Source: Minisyncoccota bacterium
GTDB lineage: Bacteria; Patescibacteriota; Minisyncoccia; Minisyncoccales; UBA10102
Reading direction: 5' to 3'
DNA: 50,702 nucleotides
NCBI GenBank assembly: GCA_036397395.1
Contig: DASWIZ010000007.1
Coordinates: 1 to 50,702, forward strand
The notes under the pieces are model-generated. The model was given only the letters and a program-made list of their open reading frames with translations. It did no database searches and was not told the DNA's origin. This document shows positions 31,352-38,992 of the stretch, piece after piece. The position numbers and the translations under genes were made by a program. Each line of letters opens with the position of its first letter. Within the stretch, counting starts at the first letter, position 1.

Positions 31352-31624
31352 TTACGACTTTTTCTGCGCCAGCTTGTACACCGATAGAATTTCTTTTGTT
31401 GCTTTTTTCTCCTCACCAGATCGCATCTGCTCAATAACGTGTGTCGAAAGATGGTTTTCCAGCATTAAATCTTCCACGCCAGCAAGCGCCTCCTTGATTG
31501 CAGAAGATTGGTTGATAATGTCGATGCAATATTTCTCGTCCTGCACCATGCGCTCTAATCCGCGCACCTGTCCCTCGATAATTTTGAGCCGCCGAACAAC
31601 TTTTTTCTTAATATCCTGCTTCAT
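31352..31624 (-). CDS. csoR: CsoR/RcnR-family (DUF156) metal-sensing repressor
   Basis: Start moved to MKQDIKK (31624). RLKIIEGQVRGLERMV, YCIDIINQSSAIKEAL and ENHLSTHV. The ligand positions read C-H-H, not the C-H-C of Cu-sensing CsoR. Confidence 0.8.
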   Translation of the reverse strand: MKQDIKKKVVRRLKIIEGQVRGLERMVQDEKYCIDIINQSSAIKEALAGVEDLMLENHLSTHVIEQMRSGEEKKATKEILSVYKLAQKKS

Positions 31625-31631
31625 ACATCCA

Positions 31632-31652
31632 GGATACCCCCCAGGGGTATCC
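31632..31652. promoter_or_regulatory. CsoR-type operator (GGATACCCC-cca-GGGGTATCC)
   Basis: 9-bp inverted repeat with a 3-nt spacer, 8 nt upstream of the csoR ATG. It resembles the GC-rich ATACC...GGTAT CsoR boxes known from Firmicutes and Actinobacteria. Confidence 0.65.
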
Positions 31653-31656
31653 CCTG

Positions 31657-32553
31657 TCAACCCCCCTTGTCCACCCCTGGGGTGGACAAGGGTTCTTTAG
31701 TCAGTTCGGCTGCCGCAATAAATGCGATACCCCAAACAATAGCCGCAAGGCTCCAAACAAGACCAATGCTCGATTCAGCGTTTGGCAATACTATCGAAGC
31801 TGTGCCGAGAAAAATCGGAAGAAATCCAGCAACCCACGCCGCCAGCCGCCAGCCGCGAGGCCTAAAACTCGCCAAGAGACCCACTAGGAGGATAATAAAA
31901 CTGAAAGCGGCCATGTTGCGATAGTGGCCTTGGGCGGCATGCTCTTGATCTTCATGTTCGTCGTTAGCGCCCATATCTTGCGATAGTTCCTGATTGTCTG
32001 CTGGATTACCACCGTGCACGGCAGGTCCTTGGTGGTCAATGTCAATTCCAATGGTAATGCCCTCGCCCCCGGTCTGCAGGTTAATATTTGTGGCTGCGAA
32101 CATAAACAAAGGCGCAACTGCGATAACAACCAACGTGAGCAATACTTTATTTACTTTCGCAGTACGAATCCAGTTAAACAAGCCAAGCCCCGCCGGATGC
32201 AGAATTGTTGCGATAAGCGTCAATCCGCCAAAAATAATAAAGAGCGGCTGCGGAACCCAGTTATTTGTGAGAGCGGCGGTCGCAATCATTGCAACCCAAA
32301 CAACTAGCGCTATCAGCTGACCTGCAAAATTTTCCTTGGGCTTGAAAAGCTGGCTGGCAAGTCCCGCTGCGGCCGTCGCAATAACGAGCGCAAACACAAG
32401 TTCGTGAATAAGATTGTGAGTATCTCCTGTGTAGATAAAATCGAAATGTCCCATAGCAGACATCCAGTTGCCGGGCAAAAACATTAGCACATTGATTACC
32501 CCAAGAAATCCTAAATATGCCAGCACAACAAGCGAGAACGCGAAATGTTTCAT
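31657..32553 (-). CDS. polytopic membrane protein with His/Asp/Glu-rich loop
   Basis: About 8 TM helices and the loop DIDHQGPAVHGGNPADNQELSQDMGANDEHEDQEHAAQGHY. The last 10 codons (PLSTPGVDKG) are encoded by REP2 copy 1. Confidence 0.6.
   Translation of the reverse strand: MKHFAFSLVVLAYLGFLGVINVLMFLPGNWMSAMGHFDFIYTGDTHNLIHELVFALVIATAAAGLASQLFKPKENFAGQLIALVVWVAMIATAALTNNWVPQPLFIIFGGLTLIATILHPAGLGLFNWIRTAKVNKVLLTLVVIAVAPLFMFAATNINLQTGGEGITIGIDIDHQGPAVHGGNPADNQELSQDMGANDEHEDQEHAAQGHYRNMAAFSFIILLVGLLASFRPRGWRLAAWVAGFLPIFLGTASIVLPNAESSIGLVWSLAAIVWGIAFIAAAELTKEPLSTPGVDKGG
31664..31692. repeat. REP2 palindrome, copy 1 (CCCTTGTCCACCCC-t-GGGGTGGACAAGGG)
   Basis: Perfect 14+1+14 palindrome. The same core is at 32878-32908 and 33549-33594. 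Confidence 0.85.
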
Positions 32554-32810
32554 TTACTTTTTTTAGCAACTTCGTTAATCATCTTTAGCTTTTTTGAAAG
32601 ATGAGATGTGATCTTTTCGATATGTGAAAGTTTTGCAACCGCCAGCATATCGTCATCCATGCCGAAAACCAACAAGCGGTCGCCCTTTTTCAATTTCATA
32701 TTCTTTCGCGCTTCTTGGGGAATAACAATTTGCCCCTTTTCTCCAACGGTGGCTGTGCCGTAAAATTGTCCTTCAGGATGTACGTGGTTATTGTTCATTG
32801 ACATATTCAT
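32550..32810 (-). CDS. AbrB/MazE/SpoVT-family DNA-binding protein
   Basis: Start moved to MNMSMNNN (32810). GTATVGEKGQIVIPQEARKNMKLKKGDRLLVF is the swapped-hairpin SpoVT/AbrB signature. Confidence 0.75.
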   Translation of the reverse strand: MNMSMNNNHVHPEGQFYGTATVGEKGQIVIPQEARKNMKLKKGDRLLVFGMDDDMLAVAKLSHIEKITSHLSKKLKMINEVAKKSK

Positions 32811-32871
32811 ACAAGTTAGAAAAGTATGACTTAAGTATAGCAACCCCCAACTGGCACTGTCAAGTTCCCTC

Positions 32872-32908
32872 GTCCACCCCCTTGTCCACCCCTGGGGTGG
32901 ACAAGGGG
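32872..32908. repeat. REP2 palindrome, copy 2, with a duplicated left half-site
   Basis: Perfect 15+1+15 palindrome at 32878-32908, preceded by the extra half-site GTCCACCCCC (32872-32881). Confidence 0.85.
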
Positions 32909-32933
32909 AAAAAAGACATGATATACTCTAAAC

Positions 32934-33555
32934 ATGCAACGAAAAGACGTGCTCACTACCGACAACATCTACCACATAATGAGCAAAAGTATTGCCGGCT
33001 ATTCTATTTTCAACTCGGATATGGAATATAAACGAATGCTGCAAATACTTCGCTTCTTTTCCTATGCAGGGAACCCTTTGAAATTCTCTCGGTTTATGAC
33101 ATCCCCTCTTGTCCAAAAGCAAGGATTTGAACAAGCAGTAAGGGAGTCAACGGAAGAAAGCGACAAAATTGAAACAACTGCGCGACAACGGCATCTCTCT
33201 TTATGCCAGCAACTTCCTCAACACCTACGCTCGATATTTTAATACGAAACATAACCGCAAAGGACATCTATGGGCAGACCGCTTTAAGAATGTTCCCATA
33301 GAATCAGATGAACAGCTTTTGCACCTTAGCAGGTACATTCATCTTAATCCCGTAAGTGCTGGTTTGGTAAACGATGCTGGCAAATGGAAATATTCATCGT
33401 ACGCTGAATACATAACGCCCGAGCTAATCGCGTACCCTCTCTGCGACTTTCGCGATTTGATTAAAGAATCCCCTAAAAACTACCGTGTCTTTGTTAGTGA
33501 TCGTGCGGAGTACCAACGAAAGCTTGCCAAAATCAAGAAACTCGCAATAGTGTAA
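32934..33555 (+). pseudogene. Y1/HUH (IS200/RAYT-like) transposase pseudogene, frameshifted and lacking the HUH motif
   Basis: The N-terminal ORF (NIYHIMSKSIAGYSIF) and the C-terminal ORF (LKQLRDNGISLYASNFLNTYARYFN ... GHLWADRFK ... SRYIHLNPVSAGLV ... WKYSSY) are in different frames. The expected segment around the MPNHxHL box, present in the paralog 43114..43833, is missing. Confidence 0.65.
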
Positions 33556-33594
33556 ACCCCTGTCCACCCCAGGGGTGGACACGGGGTTTACACT
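33549..33594. repeat. REP2 palindrome, copy 3 (extended, inverted orientation)
   Basis: AGTGTAAACCCCTGTCCACCCC-a-GGGGTGGACA(c)GGGGTTTACACT: 22 bp with one bulged C. It overlaps the stop codons of both convergent genes. Confidence 0.8.
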
Positions 33595-35084
33595 CCGCAG
33601 CTGGCGCCGCCTTTTTGCTCGGGCATAAGATTTGGGATTTTTGCCACTTCTGCCTGAACGTTACGGCTCCCGGTGGCGCTGGAAAACTCTTTGCCCATTA
33701 CGAGTTTTGCGTCAACATTCTGCCAATCGATGTTCTCCACGGCTTTCAGATACAAAGCTGTTTGGATGTAGTTGTGAGGAAACCAGAATGAGTTGAATGC
33801 AAGAGCCTCACGATATAGTTCGTTTTCGCTCAATCCTTGCGAGGCGCCAAGTTGCAGAAGCCCAAGCAGAGCCGACCCGTGATTACAATCTTGAAAAAAC
33901 GTTGAGTTGTTGCAGCATGGCCGGTAGGTGTTTTGCGCAACCTTTGTTACAAGCGCCTCTTGCTCGGGCGTAAGCTCCACAATATCGAACTTGTTGAAAT
34001 ACGCGCCTCCGTTTTCTTCTCTGCCCAAGTTCCAACCGCCAGTCGAGGCAAAATTGAACAGCGATTTGCCCTGAACAGGGCTTTCTGTGTTTGATGACAT
34101 GTAATTTGCAAGTCCTAAGGGCCACATAAGATTTACGTAGTAGTTCGCGTTTTCTCGCGTAAGAAGTATCGGCGTTGCAGACGGCGCGTCAAGAATGTTT
34201 TCTAACTCCGCGGGAAGGCCGCCGCGATCCTGGTAAATCGCCAGAAATTTATCGCGGTCAATCACGCCGTTCTGCGCAAGTCGTATCACGCTGTCGCCAA
34301 GCGCGATCTTGCTCTGAAAACCATTTTCCGGCAGGACTTTTGCCACCACTTCGTCGAACAATGCATTGCCTGTTGCTGAAACATTTGTGCTATAGAGCGT
34401 ATTGTCTCCGGGGTTTAGTATGCTGCTTTGGCTCAAAACTTTGGCGATAATCGGCTCTGCTTTCAACATATCCCAACTAAACGCGGATAAAACCAAGGTT
34501 ACCGCCAACAATCCGGCAAGCCAAGGCCAATCAGCCTTTTTGAAAGAATGGTCTTTGGGCGCGGGACACACGCCGTTTTCGCAATCGGCCCTAAGCTTTT
34601 TTAAATCCCTTTTCGTAAGCCAGATCGGCAGGGCCAGCAACCCGAACGAAAGCGCTTTGAGCTCAAGCCCGCCAAGCGGAAAAGCGGCAAGCCCTCCGGC
34701 GATTCCGATTGCGGAAAGAAGTGTTGAGCCGCACACAGGACAAGCGGATGCTCCAATGCCCACTAATGACCCTAGCCCGGTTCCGCTCTGTATTTTGAGT
34801 TTGGGAAAACCAAATTTTCTCCAACGATACACGAGAAGCGGAATGTTTATACCAAATAGGGCAATCGCCCCAAGCGTTAAGATTACATACGGCCAGAAGT
34901 AAAAAGGCGTGCTGTATGTGTTGGTAATGACATTGGTAATTGCCGAATCAAGAAGAAGTATGCGGTACAGTACAAGGAAAAACGCCAGCGACGAAGCTAA
35001 ACCGATCAAACCGTAAAATAGCTTGGTGGAGACACTACTCCAGTCGATCGTATCGTTATGTTCTTGTTCAATTGTTTTAACCAT
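33588..35084 (-). CDS. membrane protein with CPxCG-containing TM domain and Cys-rich extracytoplasmic domain
   Basis: About 5 TM helices including GASACPVCGSTLLSAIG. The C-terminal domain contains ELTPEQEALV ... RPCCNNSTFFQDCNHG, which is paralogous to a segment of 35094..35705. Confidence 0.6.
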   Translation of the reverse strand: MVKTIEQEHNDTIDWSSVSTKLFYGLIGLASSLAFFLVLYRILLLDSAITNVITNTYSTPFYFWPYVILTLGAIALFGINIPLLVYRWRKFGFPKLKIQSGTGLGSLVGIGASACPVCGSTLLSAIGIAGGLAAFPLGGLELKALSFGLLALPIWLTKRDLKKLRADCENGVCPAPKDHSFKKADWPWLAGLLAVTLVLSAFSWDMLKAEPIIAKVLSQSSILNPGDNTLYSTNVSATGNALFDEVVAKVLPENGFQSKIALGDSVIRLAQNGVIDRDKFLAIYQDRGGLPAELENILDAPSATPILLTRENANYYVNLMWPLGLANYMSSNTESPVQGKSLFNFASTGGWNLGREENGGAYFNKFDIVELTPEQEALVTKVAQNTYRPCCNNSTFFQDCNHGSALLGLLQLGASQGLSENELYREALAFNSFWFPHNYIQTALYLKAVENIDWQNVDAKLVMGKEFSSATGSRNVQAEVAKIPNLMPEQKGGASCGV

Positions 35085-35093
35085 ATCAGTAGA

Positions 35094-35705
35094 TTAGTGA
35101 TGGTGTTCGCTGTCGCCGCCGCACCCGTCGGAAAGATTCCATACTTCGGTGAGCTGTTCGCCAGTAAAACCGTGGTTTTTAATGAGATATTTTCCTAAGC
35201 CGCCGTACACATACCACCGCCAGCACTTGCAGCAGCAAGGCCCTTTTTCGCTTGAGTTTTGCATGGCGTAGTCGTACGCTTGCTGTTCTTCCGGCGTTAA
35301 CTCCATGTCGTAGTATAATAGTAACTCTTTTGCAAGCTTCGCCTCAATATTGTAGGGGTCGTCGGGGATTTTCTCGATGTTCTGGCCGGCAACGGATTTA
35401 AATTTCACTAAACCTTCAACCTGCTCTGAATAGCGATGAATTGACATTGGGCTGCAGCAAGAACCCTGGAGCCGCGCGTCGTCTGGCATTTCGGCTATAG
35501 AATCTTTGAACCCGCCAGAACACGATGAGTTGCCGTTTTGGGCCAAGTAGTCGAACTGCGCCGCAAAAGCTTCGCTTACAGGGGCAGATGAATTTTCGTC
35601 CGAAGAACGGTTTGAGAGGTCAAACACGGATCCAGAGGAAAGGTAGAGATATCCTCCGGCAAGAGTAGCGATAGCGACAAGAACAATTGGTAATTTTGTA
35701 TTCAT
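35094..35705 (-). CDS. anchored Cys-rich protein with C-terminal His tag-like tail
   Basis: TM anchor, then SCSGGF, GSCCSPMSIHRY, ELTPEEQQAY ... GPCCCKCWRWYVYGG, and DGCGGDSEHHH at the C-terminus. Confidence 0.6.
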   Translation of the reverse strand: MNTKLPIVLVAIATLAGGYLYLSSGSVFDLSNRSSDENSSAPVSEAFAAQFDYLAQNGNSSCSGGFKDSIAEMPDDARLQGSCCSPMSIHRYSEQVEGLVKFKSVAGQNIEKIPDDPYNIEAKLAKELLLYYDMELTPEEQQAYDYAMQNSSEKGPCCCKCWRWYVYGGLGKYLIKNHGFTGEQLTEVWNLSDGCGGDSEHHH

Positions 35706-36171
35706 GATAGTTTTTTAAGATATAAGCAAACCCCGCGCGTGCTGGCGCGTAAATTTTCGGCTTGAGAATACCGCTTGAAAAAGCAATAAGAAGACGGTCA
35801 AAAACTTTGCCGAGGTTGATTTTGTAATGGGCAAGCAATCGCGCCGAGAATGCGGGCAATTCTTTGGGTTGTGCGCGTAACTTTATAGGCCCAACGAATG
35901 CTAAGGCTAGCAAGGTTGTTGCGAATGCAAGAAGTTTTATTGGTATGCCGGTAACTGCTTCTTGCCATTTGGCAATATGCTCTGCAACGTTCATTTGGCA
36001 CATTGTTGTTTGATCCGCCATAAACGGGCAAGAAGACATTTCGCCATTAGCCATTTCCATTCCTATCCCCATGCCAAAAACGCTCATAAAAATAAACGAA
36101 ACAAGCACAAATAGCATAAGATTTTCAGAAAGTTTTCCGTATAACCCAAGCATTGTTTTCATTATACCCAA
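35620..36171 (-). CDS. membrane protein with CPF/MCQM/H motif
   Basis: TM helix, MANGEMSSCPFMADQTTMCQMNVAEHIAKWQ, then a second TM helix. The reading frame runs 86 nt into the next gene; the tail after GILKPKIY may not be native. Confidence 0.5.
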   Translation of the reverse strand: MGIMKTMLGLYGKLSENLMLFVLVSFIFMSVFGMGIGMEMANGEMSSCPFMADQTTMCQMNVAEHIAKWQEAVTGIPIKLLAFATTLLALAFVGPIKLRAQPKELPAFSARLLAHYKINLGKVFDRLLIAFSSGILKPKIYAPARAGFAYILKNYHEYKITNCSCRYRYSCRRISLPFLWIRV

Positions 36172-36184
36172 AGGCTAGCTTTTT

Positions 36185-36667
36185 TCAACCGAGCCAGGCT
36201 TTGTTTTTAGAAACCATGTTGTCCAGTCCCCAGGTACGCCCTGCCGCAAAGGCTGCGAGCGCCAGCAAAGCCAAAGCGTATATTGTATGCTCATCTACCA
36301 ACACGGCATGCTCGCCGATATAGGGTACCATAATTTGTGGAAAAAACTCAAACGCTTTCATTTCCACCACCGGGAAATAATACAAAAGCATTAACATGGC
36401 GCCGCCCAAAGAACTTAGGCGCACAAAAACTCCCAGCAAAAGCGAAACACCCAAAAGCGTAAGCCCCCATTCGTTTACAATGTTAATAAAAGGAAGAATT
36501 GAGGGCGAGGCCAGCCACGCGTAAAATTCCGGAAATGTTTTTGCGTTGTTTAAATACCCAGCCGCCGACCAGTTCGGGTCCAACACTTTTGTTATCCCCG
36601 CGTAAAACATTAACCACCCCAATCCAATCCGCAATAAAAATATTGATACTTTTTCGTATATTGTCAT
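36185..36667 (-). CDS. DoxX-family membrane protein
   Basis: FLLRIGLGWLMFYAGITKV start and four TM helices; 160 aa. Confidence 0.8.
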   Translation of the reverse strand: MTIYEKVSIFLLRIGLGWLMFYAGITKVLDPNWSAAGYLNNAKTFPEFYAWLASPSILPFINIVNEWGLTLLGVSLLLGVFVRLSSLGGAMLMLLYYFPVVEMKAFEFFPQIMVPYIGEHAVLVDEHTIYALALLALAAFAAGRTWGLDNMVSKNKAWLG

Positions 36668-36738
36668 ACAAAATATATTATACCTCTTTCAACTCCCCAA
36701 CCAAAACAATTTATCCCCCGCAACCAAAAAATCCCCGT

Positions 36739-36772
36739 GTCGCTTGTACGTCCGATCGGACTCACAAGCGAC
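36739..36772. repeat. 34-nt near-palindrome with central CCGATCGG
   Basis: GTCGCTTGTACGTCCGA/TCGGACTCACAAGCGAC: 15 of 17 positions pair, with a 2x2 internal mismatch. Confidence 0.7.
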
Positions 36773-36810
36773 CAGCCAATTTGCCTCCCGGAAATAGTAT
36801 GGTAACTGCG

Positions 36811-36844
36811 GTACTTGGGAACCGCGATCGCGGTTCCCAAGTAC
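36811..36844. repeat. perfect 34-nt palindrome with central GCGATCGC
   Basis: GTACTTGGGAACCGCGA/TCGCGGTTCCCAAGTAC. Confidence 0.8.
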
Positions 36845-36874
36845 CTGCTGTTTAACGTCGCACTTTAAACACTC

Positions 36875-37696
36875 TTACACCAAACTGTAGGCTTCGGCGA
36901 GAAGGCGTTTGGATATGGCGGGGTTTAGGGCGAACTTTTTTTGCAGGTCTTGGGCGGAGTGGTGGAGCAAGTCGCGCACGAACATAAGTTTCTGGCTGGC
37001 GAATTGCTCGCGGACGTGGCGGTTTGCCGAAGGCAATACGGTTATGGGGTACAACGACTTTTGCTCGATAAGCTGCTCCAAACTCCCCTGCTTTGGCCAA
37101 TGCCAACCTAACAGCTCCATGTCCATGCAATTGCCGTATTTTATGGCGCTGGTGGTAAATTTCGTGTTCGTAACCACCCAGGCCTTGTGCTTTTTTGACT
37201 CAAACTTTTTGTGCGCGGCGGCAATATCCAAAAACCTGGCATACGAATACATTGCCACTTTTACGTCGGTTTTTAAGCCGCGGCGATTATGATACTTTAA
37301 TTCCATTATATGATGCACGCCTTCTTTCTCTCCCAAAATGTCGATCTCGTGCGAAACGCAATGCCCTCGCATTATTTTCCCTACCGTGGTTTTGTACCCA
37401 TACTCTTGCAACACCGCGGCTACGTATTCTTCAAAGTAAAAACCGGCCGGCCCCAGCTCCATAAGAGCTTTTTTGAGCTGGTACTTGGCGGCCAACAACA
37501 AACTTTCTTCCTGCAAATACTTTGCGGTTTTCTTTGCGATTTCTTCAGTGGTGGCGTTTTTTGCAATTTCGCGCTCCACCAAACCGCACACCTTATTTAC
37601 CACTGCGCGCGGCGCGCCTGCTCTCTGCAGGGATCGACAGAGCTTGTCACGGCTAAACTCCTCGGTTTCACCCGATGCTTTTACGATATCTATCAT
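36875..37696 (-). CDS. ATP-cone domain fused to a PD-(D/E)xK (Mrr-like) nuclease domain
   Basis: The N-terminus IVKASGETEEFSRDKLCRSLQRAG is ATP-cone-like. The C-terminal half has FEEYVAAVL ... HEIDILGE ... IMELKY (D ... E-x-K) and VVTNTKFT. Confidence 0.75.
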   Translation of the reverse strand: MIDIVKASGETEEFSRDKLCRSLQRAGAPRAVVNKVCGLVEREIAKNATTEEIAKKTAKYLQEESLLLAAKYQLKKALMELGPAGFYFEEYVAAVLQEYGYKTTVGKIMRGHCVSHEIDILGEKEGVHHIMELKYHNRRGLKTDVKVAMYSYARFLDIAAAHKKFESKKHKAWVVTNTKFTTSAIKYGNCMDMELLGWHWPKQGSLEQLIEQKSLYPITVLPSANRHVREQFASQKLMFVRDLLHHSAQDLQKKFALNPAISKRLLAEAYSLV

Positions 37697-37704
37697 AGAC
37701 GACT

Positions 37705-38265
37705 CTAGTCGTACGTTTTGCCCGTCATTTGGGGCACATACTCGGGCCCTTTGTCGCGGTATCTCGCGATAAAGTCGAGGATCCTCCCTTCGACTTCGCT
37801 CAAGGCAAGTTGCTCAAGGTCAAACGCATCCAACCTTGTCCACGCGGCCAAGGCAATATCCGTATCGTTTGCAGCGCGGGGCGTGAGGATCACCCGCGCT
37901 TGATTCCCCAAAATATCTTTGAGCGCTTCAATTACTTCTCCGCCCACGTCCGGCTTGTACGACACCCAAATTCTCCCGTGCTCCAAGCTGTGCACCAATG
38001 CTTCGTCGGGTTTTTCCGTATCATACATTCTGTCGAGCAACGGAATTGGCCAGTGAGAACCGGAAGTAGGCGGGTTTGATTGATAGGACACCTCTGTTCC
38101 TTCTGCCACGTGCGTGGCCCCTTCATGCGGCATTGCTTGCGAATAATCGGGGCCGGTAGGTTCTTCGGCTTGCGGCGCACCGCTCGGATTCGTGAAGGTA
38201 AATAAGGCGACAAGGCCGCCTGCCACCAAAATGCCTACCCCGCCCCAAAGAAGTATTTGCTTCAT
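37705..38265 (-). CDS. DUF3105-domain protein with in-frame GC-rich insert
   Basis: SYQSNPPTSGSHWP ... ALVHSLEHGRIWVSY matches DUF3105. The segment LALSEVEGR is encoded by the element at 37786-37809. Confidence 0.7.
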   Translation of the reverse strand: MKQILLWGGVGILVAGGLVALFTFTNPSGAPQAEEPTGPDYSQAMPHEGATHVAEGTEVSYQSNPPTSGSHWPIPLLDRMYDTEKPDEALVHSLEHGRIWVSYKPDVGGEVIEALKDILGNQARVILTPRAANDTDIALAAWTRLDAFDLEQLALSEVEGRILDFIARYRDKGPEYVPQMTGKTYD

Positions 38266-38966
38266 AGTTTCTGAATTTCTGCGTCGATAATTGCTTTTAA
38301 GTTTTCGTACGGAAGCGCGCCGCGTACCGGCGTGCCGTTCACAAAACTCCCTGGCGTGCCGTTTACCCCAAGGCGCAGCCCTTCTTGATACTGCCTTTCC
38401 ACTTTTTCTGCGTATTTTCCGCTGTTCAAACAGCTCTCAAAAGCTGCTTGGTCCAACCCGATTTCTTTGGCGATTTGAGGCAGAAGAGCAAGGTCAAGCC
38501 CGTTGTTTGAAGGAGTGATTTCAAACACTTTATCCACATACGCCCAGAACTTTTCGTTGCCTCCTAATTCTCCGGCGCACTCTGCGGCTTCCGCTTCTTT
38601 TCGGGCTTTGGAGTGAATCTGGTCTAAAGGAAAGTGTTTGTACGTCCACCTCACCTGGTCGCCGTATTCCACCAGGGCTTGCTGTACCGTGGAGTGAAAC
38701 CTTTTGCAAAACGGGCATTCCAAATCGGAGTATTCCACTATGGTAATGGGCGCATCCACATTTCCTCTTATATAGTCTTCATCGGTAACTGCTGGTTTAA
38801 CAACGCCCTCGTTTGCAGTATCTGTGCTGCCTGTTTGATCGGCAGCCTGGGCGCCAAGCCCACCTGTGGGAAGAGTAATCCCTCCCGCGGCCAACACCGA
38901 AAGCGATATCATGCTTCCTGCCACCAAAATTGCCGCTGGCGTAAAGTAATCTTTGTATTTTTCCAT
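38262..38966 (-). CDS. DsbA-family thiol:disulfide oxidoreductase
   Basis: TM anchor; IVEYSDLECPFCKRFH (CxxC); C-terminal GTPGSFVNG. Confidence 0.8.
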   Translation of the reverse strand: MEKYKDYFTPAAILVAGSMISLSVLAAGGITLPTGGLGAQAADQTGSTDTANEGVVKPAVTDEDYIRGNVDAPITIVEYSDLECPFCKRFHSTVQQALVEYGDQVRWTYKHFPLDQIHSKARKEAEAAECAGELGGNEKFWAYVDKVFEITPSNNGLDLALLPQIAKEIGLDQAAFESCLNSGKYAEKVERQYQEGLRLGVNGTPGSFVNGTPVRGALPYENLKAIIDAEIQKL

Positions 38967-38992
38967 ATACTCTATTAATAGCTTATTATGTT

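Larger units (their letters stand above)
32872..33594 (+). mobile_element. decayed REPtron-like unit (REP2 / RAYT-like pseudogene / inverted REP2)
   Basis: The pseudogene 32934..33555 is bracketed by REP2 copies whose central bases are complementary (t at 32893, a at 33571). Confidence 0.55.
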
